Source: a virus (taxonomy: Duplodnaviria; Caudoviricetes). Taken from it: DNA of 58,921 bases. A program made the position numbers and the translations under genes. Under the pieces are notes generated by a model. The model saw nothing but the letters and a program-made list of their open reading frames with translations. It searched no databases and had not been told where the DNA came from. Numbering within the stretch: position 1 is the stretch's first letter; each line of letters begins with the position of its first letter. Positions 51,181 through 58,921 of the stretch are shown piece after piece. The stretch lies in IMG/VR virus record IMGVR_UViG_3300025030_000118, positions 1 to 58,921 of that record. One strand, 5' to 3'.

Positions 51181-51673
51181 TAAAAATAAATCCCAAAAAC
51201 AAGAAAATAAAATATCTAAATTACTAGATATGTGTAAAACCATAAGTTCTGGATCTATATGGTTTTCAAAAGGTGATTTAAAAGATGATGATTTTATACT
51301 AGAAGCAAAAACTACTGATAATGAAAAATATACAATAAGTAGAAAATTAATAAACAAGATATCCGAGGAGTCTTTTTCTAGGTTTAAAAAACCATTAATA
51401 TTTATAACAGTTCAAGATAAAGACTATATATTAATGAAAAAAAATGATTTTATTGAAATATCAGAAATAGGAGAGGAAAAAATCAAAGATCTTTTAATAT
51501 ATAAAGAAGAAAATACTAGAAACAATAGTGGATTTACTATAAATAATGATTTATTTAAAGAAGAATCTATTAGAGAAGTTGTTATGGTTAATTTTATAAA
51601 AAATAACAAAATATTTGATCAGTGGATATGTATAAAAACTGAACTATTTCTGAAAATAAAAGAAGATAAATAA
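51173..51673 (+). CDS. PD-(D/E)XK nuclease, resolvase-like
   Basis: QE...SGS...KGD...ILEAK. Confidence 0.65.
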   Translation: MNNKNKSQKQENKISKLLDMCKTISSGSIWFSKGDLKDDDFILEAKTTDNEKYTISRKLINKISEESFSRFKKPLIFITVQDKDYILMKKNDFIEISEIGEEKIKDLLIYKEENTRNNSGFTINNDLFKEESIREVVMVNFIKNNKIFDQWICIKTELFLKIKEDK

Positions 51674-51870
51674 TGGAAAAAATAATAGTATTCTTTATTC
51701 AATGCTTATTTTCTATGATTGATTTATTAATGAAATGTAATATTGTTGTATTTGTTTTGAGTATTGTTTTTGGATGTTTATCAAACATATATATTTGGTT
51801 AGGTTATATAGTCTTCAATATATGTGATTATATTGATTTCATATCATGGAAAATAAGAAATATAAGATAA
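51673..51870 (+). CDS. Small membrane protein
   Basis: Hydrophobic, coupled start. Confidence 0.4.
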   Translation: MEKIIVFFIQCLFSMIDLLMKCNIVVFVLSIVFGCLSNIYIWLGYIVFNICDYIDFISWKIRNIR

Positions 51871-51881
51871 GGGATAATATA

Positions 51882-52607
51882 ATGGAAACATTAATTTGGG
51901 ATCTAGATGGAACAATAATACATACTCTTTATAAATATCGAATAGCATCATCTAAGTGTATTACTACCATTCTCGAATCTATTATACCACATACCATGTC
52001 AATTCAGGAAATAGATATTAAACATTCAAAAATAGATACTGAAGATTGTATAAAAAAAGGATTTGGAAATAAAAATAGATTTTCTAATTCATGGATCAAA
52101 ACATACAAAACTATATGTAATGAAAAAAATATTTTACCAAATGAAAATAGTATTAAATCAATAAAAAATAATGCATTATCTTGTTTTAGGAATGATATAA
52201 TTTTTATAGATTATGCTGAAGAAGTTTTAGATTATCTAAAAGATAAATATAATATGTATCTATTTACAATGGGTTCTTATGATATTCAATATGAAAAAAT
52301 AATAAAAGCTAATTTGTTCAGGTTTTTCAATCTTTCTAATATTTTCATTACCAAAGATAAAAATATAAAAACATGGAAAAAGATTTTAGATTTTGTGGGA
52401 GATCATGCTATTACGTCAATTATTGGAGATAGTTTAAGATCTGACATATATCCTGCTATAAAATTGGGACTAAAAAAGGCTATATATTTTGAATCCGAAC
52501 CATGGTTATTTAGTATCTGTACAGATATTAAATATATTGAGGATAGTGAAAGATTTTATAAAATAAAAAACTTAAAAGAAATATTTAATATTCTTGAAGG
52601 TAAATAA
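51882..52607 (+). CDS. HAD-family hydrolase (likely start 51882)
   Basis: LIWDLDGTI, FTMG, IGDSLRSDI. Confidence 0.85.
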   Translation: METLIWDLDGTIIHTLYKYRIASSKCITTILESIIPHTMSIQEIDIKHSKIDTEDCIKKGFGNKNRFSNSWIKTYKTICNEKNILPNENSIKSIKNNALSCFRNDIIFIDYAEEVLDYLKDKYNMYLFTMGSYDIQYEKIIKANLFRFFNLSNIFITKDKNIKTWKKILDFVGDHAITSIIGDSLRSDIYPAIKLGLKKAIYFESEPWLFSICTDIKYIEDSERFYKIKNLKEIFNILEGK

Positions 52608-53185
52608 TGATAAACAAATTAAAAATAATGAAAGATCTTTGGGATAAAGTTAAAAATTGTTATAAATGTAATATTAATTCTACAATAGGAGAAAATAATC
52701 CTCATGTTTTTATTAGAGGAGGAGTCAATTCAAAAATCTTAGTTATTGGTCAAAATCCTGGAAAAGATGAAGTTATCCAAGGAAAGCCTTTTATTGGTAA
52801 ATCTGGAAAAATATTAAATAAATTACTAGAAGAATCAGGATTGAGAGAAAAAGATTATTTAATAATGAATTCTATTTTTTGCTATACTCCGAAAAACAGA
52901 AAGCCTAAAGAAGAAGAAATAAGAAAATGTAGAGTTAATTATGGATTGAAAATAATATCAATAATGGATCCTAAAATAATAATAACAATGGGATCATCGG
53001 CTTTAGACTTTATATCTGGTGAAACAAAAGAGATAATGCAATATAGAGGAACATGGAAAAAATTTATGGGTAAAAATGTTTTTGTAATGTTACATCCAGC
53101 TTCTGGAATATATAGTAAAGAGAGAAAGGTTTTATTCGAAAATGATTTCAAATATTTTAAAGAAACTTGCAAAAAATATTTATAA
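52607..53185 (+). CDS. Uracil-DNA glycosylase family 4
   Basis: CYKC, IGQNPG, GKPFIGKSG, NRKP, LHPA. Confidence 0.9.
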   Translation: MINKLKIMKDLWDKVKNCYKCNINSTIGENNPHVFIRGGVNSKILVIGQNPGKDEVIQGKPFIGKSGKILNKLLEESGLREKDYLIMNSIFCYTPKNRKPKEEEIRKCRVNYGLKIISIMDPKIIITMGSSALDFISGETKEIMQYRGTWKKFMGKNVFVMLHPASGIYSKERKVLFENDFKYFKETCKKYL

Positions 53186-53283
53186 AATACTATTATTATG
53201 TGATATTTATTTTCATGTTTATAATATGGATAAAACAAGATGGATGACCATTAAGATTAACTTAATATATAAGGGATATCAAT

Positions 53284-54081
53284 ATGAAAAAGACCTTCTT
53301 AAATGAAATTATAATGTCAGATAACCCTCTTTTTAATTATAATAATTTAATTATTTTAGTTCCAGAATTAAGAGATTGTGTTAAATGTAATCAAAACAAA
53401 TATCACTCTAAAAATGTTTTTGGTCACATTATGGATGTAGTAATGTCTTGCGAAAAAGATTTAATACTAAAACTTGCCGCATTGTTTCATGATATAGGAA
53501 AACCAAAGGTAAAAACTTATCATTGTCCTGATTGTGATAAAAAGTATTTGGATAGACCTTTTCATTGTGGTAAAAAGTTTGATGATATTAATTGTCATTT
53601 TTATCAGCATGAAGTAGAAAGTGGAAAAATGATACAAAAAATAATGGAAAGATTAGAATATAATGAGAATATAATTTACAATGTAAGAATATTAGTAGAA
53701 GATCATATGTTTCCTTTCGATATGAATAAAAAAACAGTTAAAAAACTAATAAAAAGAGTTGGTAAAAATAATATAGTAAATCTTATAAAATTAAGAATTG
53801 CGGATATTATGGGATCTAAAAATGATTCAATATCAGATCTTAAAAAAACAAGAAAAATGTTAGATATTATGTCAGAAATAATAGAAGAGGATGAATCTTT
53901 TACTATAAAAGATCTTGCAATAAATGGTAAAGATGTTATAGAAATATTAAATATTAAACCGTCTAAAATAGTTGGAGAAATATTAAAAACATTACTTGAA
54001 GAAGTTAAAAATAATCCAGAGAAAAATAATAGAGAATGTTTATTAGAGATGATATGTTTGTATGATCAGACTTATAAATGA
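53284..54081 (+). CDS. HD-domain protein matching the C-terminal half of CCA-adding enzyme, no nucleotidyltransferase head
   Basis: PEL...QNKYH...VFGH, AALFHDIGKP, HFYQHE, LAINGKDVI...VGEIL. Confidence 0.8.
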   Translation: MKKTFLNEIIMSDNPLFNYNNLIILVPELRDCVKCNQNKYHSKNVFGHIMDVVMSCEKDLILKLAALFHDIGKPKVKTYHCPDCDKKYLDRPFHCGKKFDDINCHFYQHEVESGKMIQKIMERLEYNENIIYNVRILVEDHMFPFDMNKKTVKKLIKRVGKNNIVNLIKLRIADIMGSKNDSISDLKKTRKMLDIMSEIIEEDESFTIKDLAINGKDVIEILNIKPSKIVGEILKTLLEEVKNNPEKNNRECLLEMICLYDQTYK

Positions 54082-54094
54082 ATAAGGAGATAAT

Positions 54095-54727
54095 ATGGAA
54101 GTTAATTTAAATGTAGAATTATTATCTATAACACCTAATGCTTTAGATTTAATAGAGGAAGCAGGAAGAATATGTTATAATAGTAAGAAAGGTAACCAGG
54201 ATAAAAGAAATAGTTTTATAAAAAAAAGAATAGAAGCAGGACATGAATCTATTATAGAACATTGTTGCGCCACTTTTTTAATTGAAGGTTTTAGCCGAAT
54301 ATCTTCACAACAGCTTACTAGGTATAGAATATGCTCATTTTCCCAAAGATCTCAAAGGTTTACAAAAGAAGATGGTTTTAATTATATTATTCCAGTAACA
54401 ATTAAAGATAGTAAATTTATAAATAGATTTGTAAAATGGATGATGGATGGAAAAGAGCTTTATGATGAAATGATTAATAATGGGATTCCTAAAGAAGATG
54501 CAAGATTTTGTCTCCCTCCAGGAATAGAAACAAAATTAGTTATGACTATGAATTTCAGAGAGCTGAGACATTTTTTGAGTCAGAGATTAGCTAAAGATGC
54601 TCAATGGGAGATAAGAAATGTCGCTAAAGAAATATTAAGAATATTAAAAGAACAAGTAAATGTAATATTTGATGATTTAGGAGACAATAATGATAAAAAC
54701 AAAAACTCAAGAAACAAAGAAGAGTAA
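54095..54727 (+). CDS. thyX: FAD-dependent thymidylate synthase
   Basis: AGRICY, GHESIIEH, SFSQRSQR, EDARFCLP, MNFRELRHF, AQWEIR. Confidence 0.9.
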   Translation: MEVNLNVELLSITPNALDLIEEAGRICYNSKKGNQDKRNSFIKKRIEAGHESIIEHCCATFLIEGFSRISSQQLTRYRICSFSQRSQRFTKEDGFNYIIPVTIKDSKFINRFVKWMMDGKELYDEMINNGIPKEDARFCLPPGIETKLVMTMNFRELRHFLSQRLAKDAQWEIRNVAKEILRILKEQVNVIFDDLGDNNDKNKNSRNKEE

Positions 54728-54968
54728 TAATTCTTTATGGGTTAGAAATTCTTTAGATATAGCAGATGAAAATTTATCTGTTTCTTGTATGTTTCAAAAT
54801 GGAATGATGGTTTCTTTGCCTAATTATTTTATATGTGAAATGTATAATCGAATTCGTAGATTTTATCAGGATACTTCAAAATATCAAATATATTTTGAAC
54901 AACATATTGTTATATTATCATGGGGAAATATCCATATATCATTGGAAGGATATAATCATAACGTTTAG
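54690..54968 (+). CDS. Hypothetical protein
   Basis: AGGAG RBS. Confidence 0.45.
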   Translation: MIKTKTQETKKSNNSLWVRNSLDIADENLSVSCMFQNGMMVSLPNYFICEMYNRIRRFYQDTSKYQIYFEQHIVILSWGNIHISLEGYNHNV

Positions 54969-55017
54969 GACTTCAAGCTTACAAAATATATTATATAATA
55001 GAATAGGAGGTAATAAA

Positions 55018-55260
55018 ATGGAAAATCAAATAGGAGATAATAAACTTTATTATGAGAAAAGAGAAATAAGTTCAGAATTCAACACCTTTTATATTGAGAT
55101 GAAAGGTAATAATGTTGAAATTATAGGAGATGGAACATCTAATGGAACTAAAGTAATAATTAACGGAGAGCAAGTTAAAGGAATACAATCATTAGATATA
55201 TTTTTAAATATCAATAAACCAACAATAGTTGATATAAGCTTAATAGTAATTCCAAAATAA
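55018..55260 (+). CDS. Hypothetical protein (start corrected from 54835)
   Basis: AGGAGG RBS before ATG 55018. Confidence 0.55.
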   Translation: MENQIGDNKLYYEKREISSEFNTFYIEMKGNNVEIIGDGTSNGTKVIINGEQVKGIQSLDIFLNINKPTIVDISLIVIPK

Positions 55261-55268
55261 TAGATTAC

Positions 55269-55342
55269 AGGGACGTAGCTCAACTGGCTAGAGCATCAGT
55301 CTCCAAAACTGAATGTTGTGGGTTCGAGTCCCATCGTTCCTG
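55269..55342 (+). tRNA. tRNA-Trp(CCA), no encoded 3' CCA
   Basis: Acceptor AGGGACG/CGTTCCT+G, D arm GCTC/GAGC, anticodon arm TCAGT-CTCCAAA-ACTGA, T loop GTTCGAGTC. Confidence 0.93.
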
Positions 55343-55354
55343 CTGGAGGATATA

Positions 55355-56218
55355 ATGGAAAACAAATCAGATTATTTTAAATCTGTTATCAAAGATTATG
55401 ATAAATATTTAGATAAATCATTATATACAATTTTATGGTTTGATGGTAATAGTTTTCATAATTTCACTAAAAACTTCTTAGATTATTATGATCCTTTTTT
55501 ACATGATTGTATTATTAAAGGAACTCAAAAACTAGTTGATGAATATTTTGGTAATCTATGGTCAACTATTTATCACCAATCAGATGAAATTACTATTATT
55601 ATTCCTCCTATGAAAAACAAAGAGACAGAATTACCTTTTAGTGGGAGAGTTACTAAATATTTATCTGTATTTTCAAGTAAGTTATCATTATATGTTTCTA
55701 ATTATCTTTTATGGATTAACTTAACTAATCCAATGAAACAAGAAAATTTATTATCTCTTGAGATTAAGGAAGATATTGTTAATATTGTTAATATTTTAAA
55801 GAAAATATATAATGGATCTAGAGTGGATAATATTAAATATGATCGTTATGGTACTGGAATTATAAATAAAGGTAAAATAAGTATTGATAAATATGATTAC
55901 TATCCTTCTGGAATTAGAGTTAGTGTTAAAGATTCAGAATGTGTTTTCGATTGTAAGGTTTTTCAACTAGAAGATGAAGAAGAAACAAGATCTTTTCTTA
56001 CTTATAGAAGAGTAGATGCTTTAAGAAACAGTAAGTCATCTCTGGGAAGATTATTTTTTTCCCATAAAGAAATGATTGGAAAATCAAGCTCAGATGTTAT
56101 TTCAGAAATTAATGAAAAATATAATATTGATTGGTATTCTTTTCCTCAAGAGATGAAAAGAGGAACAATAATTAGAAATTCTAACAATATTTTTGAGGAT
56201 GGTTTTGTTGATCATTAG
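55355..56218 (+). CDS. Thg1-like 3'-5' nucleotidyltransferase with internal insertion
   Basis: FDGNSFHNFT, YHQSDEI, PFSGRVTK, FDCKVF, RRVDALRNS, KRG; GGAGG RBS. Confidence 0.85.
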   Translation: MENKSDYFKSVIKDYDKYLDKSLYTILWFDGNSFHNFTKNFLDYYDPFLHDCIIKGTQKLVDEYFGNLWSTIYHQSDEITIIIPPMKNKETELPFSGRVTKYLSVFSSKLSLYVSNYLLWINLTNPMKQENLLSLEIKEDIVNIVNILKKIYNGSRVDNIKYDRYGTGIINKGKISIDKYDYYPSGIRVSVKDSECVFDCKVFQLEDEEETRSFLTYRRVDALRNSKSSLGRLFFSHKEMIGKSSSDVISEINEKYNIDWYSFPQEMKRGTIIRNSNNIFEDGFVDH

Positions 56219-56228
56219 TGTTGATGAC

Positions 56229-56257
56229 TTGACTTTATTTTTGAAATATTATATAAT
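56229..56257 (+). promoter_or_regulatory. Sigma70-type promoter
   Basis: TTGACT-17-TATAAT. Confidence 0.75.
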
Positions 56258-56285
56258 AGAAATATAAAAAATAGGAATATTTGAA

Positions 56286-56474
56286 ATGATTATATATTTG
56301 AAATTATATATAAGAACTATCTATCTATTTGAGAAGTTTTTATGTTATATAGGATATCATGATTTATCAATATTAATCGATAATAATGATAATAGATGTT
56401 ATTGTTGTATAAGATGTGATAAAATCTTTTATGAAAAAAATGATGACGGAGTATTAAGAATAAGGAGAGAATAA
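56286..56474 (+). CDS. Small Cys/His protein
   Basis: LCYIGYHD...CIRC. Confidence 0.5.
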   Translation: MIIYLKLYIRTIYLFEKFLCYIGYHDLSILIDNNDNRCYCCIRCDKIFYEKNDDGVLRIRRE

Positions 56475-56475
56475 T

Positions 56476-57099
56476 ATGACAATAGAAGAATTTTTAGATC
56501 ACGCAATTTATTATGGAATTAGTATAGAATCTAAATTATATCAAAACATGAAATACTATTTATGTAAATATCAGGAGAAAGAATTCTATTTAGTAATCAA
56601 AAATAAAAATAGAATGAAAAAATATTCATGTACTGGGTTTTCAGAGAATATGAAAGATTATTATTATAATATACAATATTTATCCAATAAAAAGCTATTT
56701 GTTTTATTCAGAGATAATTTTGAAGAGGAAGAATGGTATGGAAACTTTTTAGAAGAATTAGATAATTTTGTTTATAGAGATCATTGGATGTTTAAAAATA
56801 GTGATGAAAGTCATATTATGTATCGCTATCCCGAAGCATTTATTAAGGTTGATAGTTTGTTAGATGTTTTTGATAAAATTAATATTCCTATTAAGTTTGA
56901 AATAGGTAAATATTATGAACATACAACGGGAAATAAAATTTATATATGTGGTGAACTAGTTACTTATATGTGGGGAAAATGCCTAGTAGCTGAAAGTAAT
57001 AAAACAGAATTAGTTGTGGTTGGAAAATATGAAAATTCATCAGTTAATTATAAAGAGATTCCCAAAGAAGAATATATGAAATATTATATTAAAGTATAG
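56476..57099 (+). CDS. Hypothetical protein
   Basis: AAGGAG RBS. Confidence 0.55.
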   Translation: MTIEEFLDHAIYYGISIESKLYQNMKYYLCKYQEKEFYLVIKNKNRMKKYSCTGFSENMKDYYYNIQYLSNKKLFVLFRDNFEEEEWYGNFLEELDNFVYRDHWMFKNSDESHIMYRYPEAFIKVDSLLDVFDKINIPIKFEIGKYYEHTTGNKIYICGELVTYMWGKCLVAESNKTELVVVGKYENSSVNYKEIPKEEYMKYYIKV

Positions 57100-57114
57100 A
57101 AGGATTAAAAAATA

Positions 57115-57648
57115 ATGTTTAAAGATGCTAAACCTGGTGATGCAGTATTGTTTCTATTTTCTCAATATCCTATAATAAAAACTATTCAAAAAGTTACAGA
57201 AGATAGTATATTTATTAATGACTGTGATGTAAATGAAGGAATATTGGAATATAATAAAGAAAATGGTCTTCCAGTAACTGATAAAGATACTATTTATTCA
57301 TTTGGATTAATTCCTTTTGATGATAAGAGATATGATGAAATTATGGATGAAATTGAAAAACAGGATAAAATAATAAGTAGCGAAAAATTTACTTGTAGTG
57401 ATTGTGGAGATAGTTTGGGAATATATCATATTATACAAACTATTGAAAAACAAAAACAAAAGTATGTTATAGGTAATGATAAAAAATATGATATAGATAA
57501 AAAAACAGGCTTTCCACGAGGATCTGTTTTATATGTAGATTTTGATTATTTTGAAGTTAAATGTAATAGATGTAATATGGTTTGTAGAGATAAAGAACTA
57601 ATAAAAAGAATAGAGAATAAGTTTCATGAAATGTTAAATAAATTATAA
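57115..57648 (+). CDS. Hypothetical protein with CxxC pairs
   Basis: CSDC...CNRC. Confidence 0.55.
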   Translation: MFKDAKPGDAVLFLFSQYPIIKTIQKVTEDSIFINDCDVNEGILEYNKENGLPVTDKDTIYSFGLIPFDDKRYDEIMDEIEKQDKIISSEKFTCSDCGDSLGIYHIIQTIEKQKQKYVIGNDKKYDIDKKTGFPRGSVLYVDFDYFEVKCNRCNMVCRDKELIKRIENKFHEMLNKL

Positions 57649-57780
57649 AAATTGAAATCAAAAAACAGTACAATGTAAATGTAGAGAATGTAACAATAAG
57701 AAATTTATAATAATGGAAAATATTAGAAAACTAATAAAAGTAAAATCAATAAATATTATAGAGAAATAAAGGAGATAATA

Positions 57781-58077
57781 ATGAAAGATGGTTTTTATGT
57801 AAATTCAGGCGGAAATGTTAATAAGGTTGACCCAATAGTTCACGATCCTAATGATATCAAAAAACCAGAAATAAAATTTGATAGTAAAAAAGCTAAAAAA
57901 CTTAAAAATAAAATTGAACAGAAAAGAAAAAAAATAGAAAACAAAATGGATAATATGTATGAAGAGGATACAGAAAATACTAAGAAATCTAAAACAAAAG
58001 ATAAAGTTTTTGTAAATTATTCAGGAAATATTGTTGAAGCAGACTCTTTAGAAAGATTATTAGAAGATGAAGAGTAA
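57781..58077 (+). CDS. Hypothetical charged protein
   Basis: AAGGAG RBS; FYVNSGGNV/VFVNYSGNI internal repeat. Confidence 0.5.
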   Translation: MKDGFYVNSGGNVNKVDPIVHDPNDIKKPEIKFDSKKAKKLKNKIEQKRKKIENKMDNMYEEDTENTKKSKTKDKVFVNYSGNIVEADSLERLLEDEE

Positions 58078-58546
58078 TATATTATTATTGAATTATGATT
58101 ATACTCCCATTAATATTATAAATACTAGAAGATTTATAATATTAGCCATGAAAGATAAAATAGATTTATTAAATGATGCTCAGGATACTATATCTACAGT
58201 TGATACATGTTATGGAGTACCATCTATAGTTAGAATGAAATATTATATAAATCAAAAATTTAAAAATAATAATGTATCTAGAAGAAAAATACTAATAAGA
58301 GATAATTATATATGTCAATATTGTGGCAAATCTGGAAACACAATAGATCATATAATACCTGAATGTAAAAATGGAGAAACTAGCTGGAATAATTGTGTAT
58401 GTTCATGTAAAACATGTAACTTAAAAAAGGGTAATAAAAAAATAGAAGAAGTAAATATGAAATTACTAAGAAAACCAAAACCTAGTAATTATTTTTTTAC
58501 ATTACCAATAAAACATCCTAAAGAATGGAATGAGTTTTTATTATGA
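58067..58546 (+). CDS. HNH endonuclease
   Basis: RDNYICQYCG...TIDHIIP...WNNCVCSCKTCNLKKGN. Confidence 0.9.
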   Translation: MKSNILLLNYDYTPINIINTRRFIILAMKDKIDLLNDAQDTISTVDTCYGVPSIVRMKYYINQKFKNNNVSRRKILIRDNYICQYCGKSGNTIDHIIPECKNGETSWNNCVCSCKTCNLKKGNKKIEEVNMKLLRKPKPSNYFFTLPIKHPKEWNEFLL

Positions 58547-58728
58547 ATGATCATATTTATCAACATAGTGATGATGATTATTACTATTATAATGAAAACG
58601 GGAACAAAGTACCTTATGATAATAATAGCGGATACTTTATTTTGAGAGATCAAGTATGTGAATTGAATAATATAGTAATAGAATTACAAGAAAAAGTACA
58701 ACAGCTAGAAAGGGATAAGTATGAATAA
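58543..58728 (+). CDS. Hypothetical protein
   Basis: ATGA overlap with HNH gene. Confidence 0.45.
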   Translation: MNDHIYQHSDDDYYYYNENGNKVPYDNNSGYFILRDQVCELNNIVIELQEKVQQLERDKYE

Positions 58729-58921
58729 GTGTGAACATGAATTAGAAAACTTAATATGTAAAAAATGTAATAAATCATTTTTACCATTAGATGATATTAA
58801 AGACTTAATAAATGATTTTATTTCTTTAAATTCCTCTTTGGTTTCTCTACAAGTATTAATCGAATCAGGAAGATACATTGATGCTTTTTTTCAGTTAAAG
58901 GATATTAGAGAAGGAAATTGT
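58721..58921 (+). CDS. Hypothetical protein, runs off window
   Basis: MNKCEH...CKKC, open to window end. Confidence 0.45.
   Translation, partial: MNKCEHELENLICKKCNKSFLPLDDIKDLINDFISLNSSLVSLQVLIESGRYIDAFFQLKDIREGNC

Noticed and set aside
181-55283. Short antisense or alternate-frame ORFs in the track (e.g. 1744-2181, 11251-11694, 17788-18333, 36862-37359, 46385-46774)
   Set aside because: Overlap well-supported genes largely or entirely and have shadow-ORF composition
55313-55354. N-terminal extension of the Thg1-like ORF
   Set aside because: Overlaps the tRNA; proper RBS and ATG at 55355
57626-57768. Possible decayed Zn-ribbon gene (MKC*...CKCREC)
   Set aside because: Two in-frame stops, short, no recognisable homology

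Overview
AT-rich segment of a large contractile-tailed (myovirus-type) bacteriophage, standard genetic code. 1-29.5 kb (+ strand) is the virion module: fibre/adhesin genes, neck, sheath, tube, a tail chaperone with a -1 frameshift, two paralogous tape-measure-like proteins carrying different wall hydrolases, hub, spike, PAAR, gp25, baseplate J and beta-propeller appendages. 29.5-50.2 kb is a largely bacterial-type replication/recombination module: PhoH, DnaX, 5'-3' exonuclease, HolA, an inverted block (C25 protease, DnaG, DnaB, DnaC-like loader, putative initiator), then SSB, DnaE, SF2 helicase, RuvC and RecA. A complete IS200/IS605 element (tnpA+tnpB, 40847-42604) interrupts this module. 50.2-58.9 kb holds nucleotide/tRNA genes (MazG-like, HAD, UDG, headless CCA/HD protein, ThyX, tRNA-Trp, Thg1-like, HNH). 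Best candidates for novelty: (1) the predicted TnpB guide matches, 31/32 nt and behind TTAA, the consensus promoter of the phage's own ssb-dnaE-recA operon 51 bp downstream; (2) a GC-rich array of adhesin + Zn-ribbon cassettes closed by a conserved 39-bp hairpin element, including a collapsed third cassette; (3) a putative two-ended tRNA-repair set; (4) duplicated tape-measure genes. All assignments are from motif recognition by eye; no database searches were run.
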